This document shows positions 22,767 through 34,114 of a stretch of DNA of 64,000 nucleotides, one piece after another (the stretch's first letter is position 1; each line of letters opens with the position of its first letter). The notes under the pieces are model-generated. The model had not been told where the DNA came from, did no database searches, and saw only the letters and a program-made list of their open reading frames with translations. Position numbers and translations under genes: made by a program. This DNA comes from Selaginella moellendorffii (lineage: Eukaryota > Plantae > Lycopodiophyta), in NCBI RefSeq assembly GCF_000143415.4, contig NW_003314297.1:1390412-1454411 (forward strand), given 5' to 3'.

Positions 22767-25700
22767 ATGGTGGATCCAGGCTTTGTCTCGGCGCTCATTG
22801 CAGAGATAGTGCACCTGGCGATAGTAGAAGCGGCTAAGGTTGTGATGTGCCGGGAATACTGTATGCAATTAGCAAAAATGGTGGATTCTTGTGTCAAGCC
22901 GGTCGTGTCTGAACTGGGGAGCCTTGGGAACAATCCGCAGCTCAAGAATGTTGCTGACACCTGGCTTGCAAGCCTTCGGGCCTGCCTAGAAGATGCGCAG
23001 GCAGTGATCATCGAGTGCAGGAGCGTGCATTCCTTCAACGTTTTCGTCAAGTAAGATGCATTCTTCTTTCTTCTGAGTAACGCATCAATTGATCAGTGCA
23101 TCGTTCTGCAGGTACAGGCTCTCGCGCAGAATCATGAGTATTCTGGTCAAGATAAAGGAACTTCACGAGGCTGCCAGTACTTGGAACGTGGCCCTGTCTG
23201 CCAAGGTTGTCACACAATGCAGTGAGGTACTACGGTTGCTTCAAGACAATTACAGATACGTTTCACTTTCGGCAAAGACCTGTGGATGCACACAGTCTGA
23301 GAGTTATAGCAAAGATCGTGCGATTTTTGAGATAACGAATGAAGCAACGAGTCACTCGGCTGGTTTAGACGTGGTCGACGAGCCAACTACAGAACTTCAG
23401 CCGATTCCGAAGCTGGTGTTTGGACTGGAGGAATTGAGCAGCCGACTTGAAGCAGTCCTTCGAGATGGCACAGGACGATGGGTTGGTGTTTGGGGCAAGG
23501 GAGGTTCAGGAAAGACGCTGTTGACACAAACTGTCACTAACAGTTTATCGGTGAACAATCACTTTGGAGGAAAGGTATATTGGCTCACGGTTGCACGAAA
23601 TCCCAACATTGCCAGGTTGCAAAGTAGATTACGCAAACACATCGGCCGTGGGGAGCAGCTCTTTTCATCCGAGGAAGCTGGCAGGAAAACCCTCATCAAC
23701 TGCTTGAAGAACAGCAAAGTGTTGTTGATCTTGGACGATGTGTGGGATGGAAATGTGCTGCAGTGGTTTGATGTGGTGGATGCTCCAGGCAGCAAAATTC
23801 TGTTGACTTCCCGGAACAACAGTGTCTTTGACAAGGTGCCATCAACGGTCATCGAAGTGAAACTGCTTTCGGATGAGCATAGTTGGAATCTCTTCTGTGG
23901 CTGTGCATTTCCGGGACAAGACCGGCAACAGCTAGAACACGACATGGAACCAATACTTGCCGAAAGAGTAAAGCAAGTGGTCTCTGAGTGCAAAGGACTG
24001 CCTTTAGCTCTCAAAGTCATTGGTGGAAGCATGGCAGGCAAGCAGCAGCTAGGCGACTGGGATTCTACATTACGCAAGTTGAAGAATGCCGAGGTTTTGA
24101 ACGAGGAACAAGAGAACCAGGTGTATCACAGACTCAAGCTTAGCTATGACGAACTCGATATGATTGACAAAGCCCGAGGCAGAGCACTGCAAGAGTGCTT
24201 TCTCTACTTCGCAGCCTTTCCTGAGGATGCAGTTATAGAGGTGGAGCAGCTCATTGGGTATTGGATTGGTGATGGCTTGATAGGATACAAAGACGATGAA
24301 GATCCTCAGGTTGAGGCTTATTACATTCTGGGCCAGCTTATAGGACGCTCACTCGTGGATCTGGAAGTAGGTTGGACATATAGCCAGAACACGAAGTTCT
24401 TGAGTTGCAAAATACACGATGTGCTTCGGGATATGGCGATTTACATATTGGAAAACCAGAAGAAGGCCACTGAGTATGCGTGCCTGTTTCTGTCTGGAAG
24501 GGAGTTTCCTGCAGGACTATGCAAAGGTACTGGCCAAGAGAAGTTCAACGCTAAGAAGCTTTCTTTGATAGGAAATCAGGTGGAGAACGTCGATAAGCTT
24601 GGAACTCGGGCTCCGGATGTGGAAGTGCTACTCCTTAGCAACAACATTCAGCTGAAACATCTTACCGGACGGTTTCTGTGGAGCTTTAAAAAGCTCCGTG
24701 TACTGGACCTGAGCAGGACGGGCTTAATATCTCTTCCCATGGAGATTGGGAAGCTCAAAGAGTTGGTCGTCCTCGACATTAGTTATAGCAGCATCCGATC
24801 TGTGCCGGACTCTTTGGGCAGGCTGGTGAAGTTGGAACATCTGAACATGCAAAACTGTCCATTGAAGAGCTTTCCAGTGCACAAAGTATCGAATCTCGTC
24901 AACTTGCGTTATCTCAACACAAGAGGGTGTGGAGATATTTGGGACCAAAACCGGCACAGTCCTTGCAGCTGTGTAACATCTGAACTTCCAATACAAGGCC
25001 TAAAGAATCTAGCAGCCTTGCAAATGTTGACCAGGTTATGGATCAGCAGCCGAACTACAGAACGCTTCCCTGCTATCTCTTCAACCAGGCTGGTACATCT
25101 CAGCCTTTACTTCGAACAACTTTCAGTCATTCCAGACGAGCTCCAGTCTCTGGCCGCTCTAGAGGTTCTCGATGTCAACACTTGCAGATTACTCCAGAAG
25201 CTACCGGACTATCTCGCCAAGTCCTTCTTGGGACTGCTTGCTCTCGACCTTCGTGGCTGCACGTCGTTGTCGCAACTTCCTTCAGATCTGCAGGAACTAC
25301 AATGGCTTCAAAAGCTGGATCTTGAAGGCTGCTTGTCCTTGCAATCTCTACCAGAGGCTTTCGGAAGTTCAGGTGCATTTCCTTCGTTACAAGAGCTTTT
25401 CATGACGGGATGCAGAAGACTAGAAGCATTTCCAGAATTGCAACCAGGGGCGCTTCCTCGTCTTCGTATGCTCAAACTGCCGTTTTGTGCGCGCCTGCAA
25501 CACTTGGATATACATCCCAAGGCGCTGCCCAACCTTGTCCACTTGAACCTGGGTGGCTGTGCCGGATTGAAAGAGCTCCCTGACGAGGAAGCGTTGAGAT
25601 ATTTTTCATACTTGGAGGAGCTGGTTTTGAACAACACGCAAATATCTAGCTTACCTGCGAGTATAGGACTGCTTCCAAGGCTGAAGAAGCTGGATTTGAA

Positions 25701-26796
25701 GCAATGCATGCAACTGAGAGCGTTACCATGGGTTGATTTAAGCGGTGACTACTTCATCAGCTTGGAAGAGATATCTATGCAAGGAATTCCCATTCGAGAA
25801 CTGCCCAAGGTTTTGGCTGCAGCACCACAGCTCCGAAAAATGGACCTCACGGACTGCGACTTCATAACCCTGACGGACGAGGTGTTCGGCTTGTTGAAAA
25901 CCAGAAACGTTAATCTCATCAGAGCCAACGTTCAGATCATATCTGCTCTGAATGAAGCGGAAATGGGGCATGAGCACGAAGCAGACAAAGAACCGATAAA
26001 GCAGAAGCCAGAAACTGGGAAAGCAGCTGAGAACACTTCAGAGACGAATACCGACCAACATGAATCTGCTACTGTCTTGGATCCGAGTAGTTCAAAAACG
26101 AGATCTACAACCAACCAGCACAGTACCTCCTTTCCTTCATTCAACAATTTCCTAGACTGGTTAGCAGGATTCATAGACGAAACCAGTATAGATGAAGATG
26201 TAGAATATCAGAAGCTGGCAAAGGATGCAAACGGCTACGATCCTGGTCATGTGCGGAGGGTCGATTTGCGAGACATGAAACTGCAACTCTTCAAGCGAGG
26301 ATTGGAAGATCATCTGGTGCTGGGCTCATGCAGCGGAGACGTCATCACTGAGGAGGTCCTCAAAAACCTGGCCTGTACGAGCTGGAACGTGCACTCGTAT
26401 GTTGGTGCTCGTTTCCTGGCAAACGGTTTCTTCGAGCTGGCATTCGCAAACTCGCTGGATGTTCAGAAGTTGCTGGAGAAGCGGTTTGCGCAGTATGAAG
26501 ATCGCGTGATCCTCTTCCAGCCTTTCCAGCAAGACTTCAACCCCAACGAGGTTGGGAATATCAAAGCAGCTGTTTGGGTGGGATTGCCCCTCCTGCCGAC
26601 GGATTGCTTGCATCCCAAAGTTTTGAAGGCGGTTGGGAATGCACTTGGTAGCTACTTGGCATATGAGCTTGACGGTGGAAGGCTTCCCAGGGTTTGCTTC
26701 GCATGCACCATCCAACAAGAACGGGAGTTGCCTAGTGAACTGGAGCTGGTTCTCCCATCCGGCAAAGTCTGGCTGCAGCGCTTGGTATGGTCGTAG
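22767..26796 (+). CDS. NLR immune receptor: RPW8/CC-like N-terminus, NB-ARC, LRRs, C-terminal DUF4283-like domain (exons 22767-23050, 23112-26796; about 1322 aa)
   Basis: P-loop GKGGSGKT, kinase-2 LLILDDVW, RNBS-B GSKILLTSR, GLPLAL, RNBS-D CFLYFAAFPED, IHDVLRD; many LxxLxLxxC repeats; phase-2 intron in frame. Confidence 0.95.
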
Positions 26797-26939
26797 ACAA
26801 AAGGTGGGATTTTGAGCGTGAAGCATGCAAGGAGCTTGTGATGAGAGTTCACAGAGTGGCTTGTGATAAATGCGATCTAAACGAAAAGTGATGAGAGTTC
26901 ACAAAGTGGCTGTGACGAAAGTAAATGTGGTCTTAGTTT

Positions 26940-27004
26940 GACGCGTGTAAGGCTGTGGCGTTGTAACGTGTCGTTCTCTCCAATGACCACGTGGTGACAC
27001 GTGT
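26940..27004 (+). promoter_or_regulatory. ABRE/G-box cluster upstream of the LEA-like gene
   Basis: ACGCGTGT, ACGTGTC (26966), CCACGTGG (26987) and ACACGTGT (26997) within 65 bp. Confidence 0.65.
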
Positions 27005-27059
27005 ATTGGTCCACCTATTGGTGTTTAAAGGTTTTAGGGTTCTTCGGCAGGGCAGAGCA

Positions 27060-27780
27060 ATGGCGAGAGCGCAAGAAGGTGAATCGGGGCTTGACGCAGT
27101 CGTTCGCGATGCGGCAAATCAGAATGAGGAAAATGCTGGTGGCCAGGAGTCGGAGTTTGATACGATCGCTCGCTACAGAGGGCAGGCTCAGGAAAATATG
27201 GGGAATTTCTTAGCGCAGCATGTCGCTCGTCACGGCGAGCCGGGCAAGAACAAGGGAATCGCGGTATGAAAAGGTTTTCTTTCCCTCTTCTCAAGTGGCG
27301 AAATCTCGCAGGGCAAGAGTGAGGAGCAACTCCAAGCTAAGGATGGATCGTCGATCTCTGACCAGCTTGGCAAGAGGTGAGTTTCTCTACAAGGCCTCCC
27401 GATTTCTCCTGTCCCATTCTTAGATCCTGGAGGATTTGAATCGCAGCTCGGACGAAGCTCGTGAAAGAGTCTTCCAGAGCGGGGATAGAACATACGACGC
27501 GATCGAGGAGGCGAAGAAGTCCGTCCAGAAGAGGTTTGAGGACGCGAGGAAAAATGCGAGCGACAAGAAGAAGGACGCACCGGATGAAGGAGCAGACAGC
27601 TACACCGCGATCAACGAAGCCAAGGAGGAGCTCAAGGACAAATACGATGCTGCTAGAGATCATTTCGATGAGAATGCCAGTGATGTGGATAAATCTCGAG
27701 AAGGACAAGATGGATCGAAGGAAGCCAGTGGCATTTCGTCGGTGACCCGATCGATCAAAGAGGCCATCGCTGGAAAGTAA
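27060..27780 (+). CDS. LEA-like hydrophilic protein; exon structure uncertain, possibly disrupted
   Basis: Hydrophilic A/K/E/D-rich repeats (TYDAIEEAKKSV, EAKEELKDKYDAARD); ABRE-rich promoter; the middle exon could not be phased cleanly. Confidence 0.55.
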
Positions 27781-27849
27781 ATCTCAAAACTTAAATTTGA
27801 TATTATCTTAGTGCAAGGCTTATCAATTGATTAAAATGTAGTAGTCTTA

Positions 27850-27874
27850 CGCTGGAAAGAGGATTCGAACCTCT

Positions 27875-27916
<42 letters not shown>

Positions 27917-27923
27917 GTCCAGC
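27850..27923 (-). tRNA. tRNA-Asn(GTT)
   Basis: GCTGGACTAGCTCAGCAGGTTAGAGCGTGTGGCT-GTT-AACCACAAGGTCAGAGGTTCGAATCCTCTTTCCAGCG, 74-nt cloverleaf; TTTT downstream. Confidence 0.96.
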
Positions 27924-28015
27924 TTATATTAATAATAATAAACTTTAAAAATAAATAGTTAAATTTATTAACGCGCGGATCTCAACGCTAAACAGTTTTA
28001 TCACATGCCTATAGC

Positions 28016-29583
28016 TCAGCTGCAAATTATATTTTGATCGAGCCTGATGGACGCGTTCACGAGCAAGTCAGCATTGAGCGTCATCGTTATACTTCTCGTG
28101 CGCTCTTCCATGTCGATCCCGCCCGGGTTAGCAGCACGCCAATTAAATGCCTGGAGCAAACTGGCCACGTAAAACGCGATCGATCTCATCGCCAGTGGAT
28201 AGCCGGCACATACTCTCCTGCCCGATGAGAATGGAATGAAATCAAAGTTCTGCCCGTTGATGGCGCTGCTGGAGCCGAGAAAACGCTCCGGCTGGAACGC
28301 TCCTGGGTCGGGCCAGCGAGCGGGATCGCGTCCGATGGCCCATATGTTGACGAGAACCTTGCAGCCGCCGGGGATGGTGTACCCGCCCAGGTTGACGGGC
28401 TTGAGATTCTTGTGAGGAACTCCCAGTGGGGCTGCCGGGTGGAGACGCAGTGATTCCTTGACAATGGCATCGATGTATGGAAGGTTTGGAAGATCGGACT
28501 CTTGCACCGCGCGAGCTCTCCCTACAACGCTGTCCAGTTCGGCTTGAGCCTTGGACACGACTCGGGGATGGTTTATGAGCTCCGCCATTGTCCACTCGAG
28601 CGTCACTAGTGAAGTTTCCAACCCTGCAACAACCATGTCCTGTCGCAAGAAGTGAAAAATACCAATATCTCGATGCTGGCAAAACTTACCCAGAGCAGTG
28701 CCAAAATGGAAATGTCTGGCAATTTATCCTTGTCCTCGAGAGATATAAGAACGTCAGTGAAGTCTCGAGGGACGAACCCGTCCCCAGCTTGATCTTTTCT
28801 GCGTCGATGCTTGTCGATTTGATCTTCCAGCAAGAGCTTCAGGCGAGGCATGAGCTCCCTGTTGATTTTCTTGTAGACTCCATGGAGATCCAGCCCGTCA
28901 AGTGCCGGAAGCAGGGTACCGATGTTCAGGTGCAAGCTTAGAGAAGCTATCTTCTGGCTGAGATCCATGACCTCCAGCCCCCGCTCGCTAAGAAGAACCA
29001 GGCATAGCGAATTCGACAAGAGACTACTGAAAACCTCGTGCAAATTGATCGTTGTCTCGGATTGCTGGAAAATGGACTTGACTGTATGCTTCATCTCCGA
29101 CTCACGGAATCCTGCGCTTGTCTTGAGCATACTGTTGCTAAACAGGTGTGTGCTGCAAATCCTCCTCATGGTCTTCCACTTATCACCTATGGGCCCGAGG
29201 ATGAGACCGTTCCAGTCGTGGCTGATGATCCGAAAGAACTCGTCGTCCGGCCGGCTTGCAAACTCGAGATCGTGGGTCTTAAGAACCTGTGCGGCCATTT
29301 CGTTGTTGTTTACCACCACGAACGGGGCCATTCCGATCTTGAGGTAGACGATCGGCCCATACTTCTTGCTGATCTTTGCAAAGTGCTGGTGGAGTGGCTC
29401 CTTGAGGGAGAAGAGCGCTCCAAAAATGGGGAAAGAGAATGGACCTGGAGGGAGGCGCCGTTGCTGCGACGATCGAATTCTCCCTATGAGGAGTGATAGT
29501 ATGATCCAGCTGATGCCCAGGACGAACAAAGCCACACCTAAGTCCATCGCTTCAAAGGTCTGGATCTCCACGGCCATAGCCAT
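28016..29583 (-). CDS. Cytochrome P450, CYP71 clan (A-type), copy 1 (exons 29583-28690, 28639-28016; about 505 aa)
   Basis: N-terminal TM, LPPGP, AGLETS I-helix, ESLR, PERF and heme motif PFSSGRRVCAG; single phase-0 intron. Confidence 0.95.
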
Positions 29584-29711
29584 CAGGCTCAACGAAGACC
29601 CCGGTGGGCGGGGTTCGCAAGGCACCTTGCCGTCTCCGCTGGATGGCCCCGTGGAATGCATGCTCCCATAAAAAACTCGCAGTTAGCAGCCCACGACATG
29701 ATTTAAATTTT

Positions 29712-30260
29712 TAATGATACCAGTCAAAGACATTTTTACAGGAGGTCGAAGAGATTCTCCAAGCCTTGGCCAATCTCCCATATAGAAACTCCAACGCCCG
29801 CGGAAACACTCTCTTCTAGCCCGGAAGAAACGCTCTTGGCAGTGGGGAAGTAGACCCTGTGCTTGTTTTGATCCTTAAAGTAGTGCAATCCCGGGATCAG
29901 AAGCTCCAAGAATTGGTCGCCAACAATAGCTCCACCACCTAGAATGAAAAGTAGGGTTAACAAATTGATCCTAAACAGATGTCTAAATGATATTTTGATC
30001 GAGCCGGGTTTACAAGCAAGGCGGCATTGAGCTTCATCGCCATACTTGCCGTGGACTCTTCCATGTCGATCGCGCCCGGGTTAGCAGGACGCCAAGCGAA
30101 TGCCTGGAGCAAACTGGCCACACGTAAAACGATCTCATCGCCAGTGGATAGTCAGGACAAACTCTCCTACCCGACGAGAATGGAATGAAATCGAAGTGGC
30201 AGGGATAGCGCTGCTGGAGCTGAGGAAACGCTCCGCTTCTGGGTGAGTGGAATTGCGTCC
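29712..30260 (-). pseudogene. Chimeric relics: CHID1 3'-end copy (about 29712-29950) plus degenerate CYP450 3' fragment (about 29988-30260)
   Basis: [16 protein letters not shown]...[14 protein letters not shown] and FDFIPFSSGRRVCPDYPLAMRS with deletions. Confidence 0.85.
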
Positions 30261-30353
30261 GCGGCCATGGCCATAGTTGACAAGATCTAGACAACTGTTG
30301 CATCGTGATTCCTCAGAGGGTTTGGATTTTTAATGATACCACGCAAGACATTC

Positions 30354-32007
30354 TTACAAGAGGTCGAAGAAATGCTCCAAGCCTTGGCCAATCTCCCATA
30401 TAGAAACTCCAACACCCGCGGAAACACTCTCTTCTAGCCTCGAAGTAACGCTCTTGGCAGTGGGGAAGTAGACCCTGTGCTTGTTTTGATCCTTGGAGTA
30501 ATCAAAGTAATGCTCTCGGTTCATCGAATCCCATACGAGCTTGGGAGTGTACTCTTTGAGAAGCTCCAAGAATTGGTCGCCAACAATAGCTCCACCACCT
30601 AGAATGAAACTAGCGTTAAGAAAGTGTTTCGAGCAAGAAGCTCTAGCATACCTCGCGGAAGAACGTAGTCGTTTCCATAGAAGTTTATTCCCATCAGGAT
30701 CTTGGAAGAGACCTCGTTGGATTTCCCTGCGAGTAAAGAGTTGAGGCAGGAGCGTATCCAGGGAAGCGGTGCGTTCGGGCCTGGACGATAAGCGTTTGAG
30801 AAATCGTAAGTCATGAGCGAGAAGCCATCGACGGCGTGTTGCAAAGAATGGAGGTCCCCTCGCGTGAACTCTTCCGGACCTCCTCCACGCTCGGGTGGTA
30901 TAACGAGCACGAGTTGCAATGGACGGGTGGCGCTGGCAGCGTTGAGCTTGTGTAAGGACGAGCCAAGTTCTCGGATAAATGCTAGAGCCTGTAGATTTCT
31001 TGTTGTCAGACAATGTTCTTGAAATTGTTTCTTACAAACCTTTTCACGTAAACGATGGTTCTCGAGTATTCTGTAAGAAGCCCAGGAATTCCACGCTTCC
31101 AGCACGATGCCATCGTAAGCTTGCTCCCTAAGAGAAAATCACAAAAAAAGAAAAAGATGAAAGACTCACGTACTTGCACTCTTCGAGGATTAGCTTGATT
31201 GCCTTTTGCTTCTCGTCTGCACTCACAAGCATGCTGTCTAAGGACCAGCCTTCAAGCACCACACGCGGAACAATCTGCGCGAAATGGTCACTGAAAGAAG
31301 TAACTATCATAAGAATCACAAGACCAAAAACTTGATAGATACACATAAAAACTATAAGATCATACCAGTGGAAATCCCTGCTTTCGCACTTCGGAAATCC
31401 ATCCTTGATCCACATCATGCTTGCCCGCTAAACTCATGCCTTTGTCATCTCTACAGAATTTACAGAACAATCAACTTACACAACAGTGAGGAGCAAAGCC
31501 TACCTTCTTAGCTGATACCACACAGGAGAAACGTGAGTGAGCTTGTGCCGGAATTTTTTTGCCATATCATATCCTTTGGAATTCCTGCGACAAAGATCAT
31601 CCATGAGAAGAACAATCAAACACGAACTAACCATGGCGTGACATAGGCGAGAACAGTACCATTCAGCTTTCTCTTAGCTCCAAGACGCGGAGCTCGCGAT
31701 GCTGCCTGAGGAAAAAGGAGAAAAGCAAAGCGATGGATGAAGAAAACATGGAGAAATCGATCTAGCATACCTTCAAGATATCTCTGTAGAACAGATCCTC
31801 ACCTCCTCCCAAAGAACTAGCGAGTGGATCTCTAGAATAATGGAAATACCACGCTAAGAAGAAGAAAACAAGCACCAAGGCCAAAATGCCGTGCTTGAAC
31901 CGCGATCCAGTGCTTTGCTGGGAATCTCCAGCCTTCTCAAGAGCATTGGAGCCTGGTCTACGAGCCTGGCGCTCACCGCTGCTGTGCCGGCGCCTCTGCT
32001 GAGCCAT
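30354..32007 (-). CDS. CHID1: Chitinase domain-containing protein 1 (GH18-like, probably non-catalytic), copy 1, multi-exon
   Basis: [24 protein letters not shown] (no DxDxE), [36 protein letters not shown]. Confidence 0.9.
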
Positions 32008-32061
32008 CTGGCAAGGATGCCCTAATTCCAATGCGGAGGTTTTTGTTAGGGTTTATCGCCC

Positions 32062-34095
32062 ATGGCTATGGAGGACGGTGGCGCGCTGCTCGTTTCTCCT
32101 CCTTGGAAGCAAATGGAGGTAACTCGAGGCTCGATCCTAACAAAGCGCTGTGGATTGACACGATTTGATGGATCAGGAGTATTATTCTCAGCTGACCGGC
32201 ATGGCATTGCGCGTGAAATCTACCGCGACGATGGGGAAAGGTATCGCTGTGCTTGTTTCTCTCGCGAATTCTAGCTTTGGAGATCTTGCAGGCCTCTTTG
32301 CCGAGAGAGATTTTGACGCGGAAGAGGTGATCTTGATCGAAGAGCCCCTCGTTGCTGCACAGCACAGCCATAACAAGGTATTTGATTGGAATTTTTTTGC
32401 TTTACGAGTTCTTGTTCTTGTTCTTGTTCATTCATGGACAGAACGATGCGGTTGTGTGTGGCTTTTGCTTTCGCTACGTCGGTTCCATCCAGCTCCAAAT
32501 ACAACGCAAACTTGAAGCTCCAGAGACTCAGTCGTGCTGCTGTCACGAAGAAGAAGATGACGAAGAAGACCATCACCGGCATGGTGTTTCTTCGGAGGAA
32601 GCGTTAGTTCTTCTAAAAGGTGATGGTTTCTCTCTTCCTCATGGAGACAAGTTTTTGCTACCGGAGGTAGTCAAGTGCTCCGGTGGATGCTCGGAGATTT
32701 ACTGCAGGTTAGTTTGTGAATGCGCTGCGACTTCCTTCTCATAACTCTTGCTTGCTTCCTTTTGCGAGTAGCAAATCGTGTGCACAAAGGGCCTGGCATG
32801 ACCACCACTCGTTGCTTTGCGATGGTGTTTCACAACACAGGGACGAGCTTGTTCTTTTCAAAGAATTTGCTGATGGTAAACTGCTGTTCTCTACTCGTCC
32901 TGACTTTCATCCTCTCCAGAAACCAATGACATTTTCCATTTGGCCAGCAAGGTAGCCTTCGCTTGTTTCTTTGTTTTGCGACTATGTTTTACGTTCTCTG
33001 TGCAGTTGATTGCGAAGGTTATGCTTCGCACGAAAAAGCTCTCTGAAAGCAGTGGAGTTACAGACCGAAATACACTCCTTGAGGCGTGGAAACCATTTGC
33101 CATGGGAGAAAAGCGTCTGTAAGTACGCTTTTCGCTTCGTAAGAGTTTAATTTCGCCAAGTTCAGGTGGTGGGAAGCCGTGGCTCTTCCAGACGACGTTG
33201 ATCCTTTAGAAGAAGCATCTTTCAGGAGCCAAATCAAGGAATTAGCGGAAGCAGTAAGTTCCAAAGCATAACGATTATGTACACTAACATGTTCATGTTT
33301 TTTCTAGTCCTTGAGCCAGCTCAAAGCTGCGCTGTGGGAGCCGGAGTTTGCACCTCGTATCCTAAACCTTTGTTTCTTTTGGCGTTTTCTTTGACACCAC
33401 CAGTTTTTTCTTTGGAGATTTATGGGAGCATCATCGGCATGTTCGAGCTAAACAACCTGTAAGCCATCTCTGTCGTTGAGAATCTCGAGTCACACGGCTT
33501 TTTCCAGAGATGTCGTCGTCGCCTCACCCGTTGAAAACTACTTTCTCTACATTCAAGATCTTGAGCCAGCTCTCAAGGTAACTAGAAGATAACATGGATG
33601 GACAAGTGCCACGTCTTTGAATCACAGGAACAAACAGAACAAATTACTCGACCACTGTTTGAGGCTTTGGGCGAGAAGTACGCTTCCTTCTGCCAAGGTG
33701 GGTTTAACGTCCAGAGCTATTCGTGGAATTTGAATGTACTTCCAGGTTCTGGGTTTTTCGCATTGCACAGCTGCATAAACCACTCTTGCGAGCCGAATGC
33801 GAAGGCTTTTAAGCGAGATGAGGTCTGTTTTGTAGAGAGGATAGAGCACAGTTTGACTCGAGTTATTTTCAGGACATAAATGGCAATGCTGTGATAATTG
33901 CGACGAGGAAGATCATGAAAGGAGAACAGGTGAATCAAATCTTTCTTTCTTGTTTTCACTCAAAATGGTTTTCAGATTTTCACCTCATACATCGAGGAGG
34001 AAGATTTATCGTACACCGAGAGACAAGCAATGCTGTCGGACTACGGCTTCGCGTGCGAATGTACCAAGTGCTTCAGGGAGAAAAACCAGTCTTGA
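32062..34095 (+). CDS. ATXR2: ATXR2/SMYD-like SET-MYND histone methyltransferase, copy 1, apparently intact
   Basis: QHSHNK..VCGFCFRYVGSIQLQI, CSGGCSEIYCSKSCA..AW..HHSLLC, IGMFELNNL, SCINHSCEPNAKAFKR, DYGFACECTKC. Confidence 0.88.
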
Positions 34096-34114
34096 ATCGA
34101 GCAAACCTTCGATG

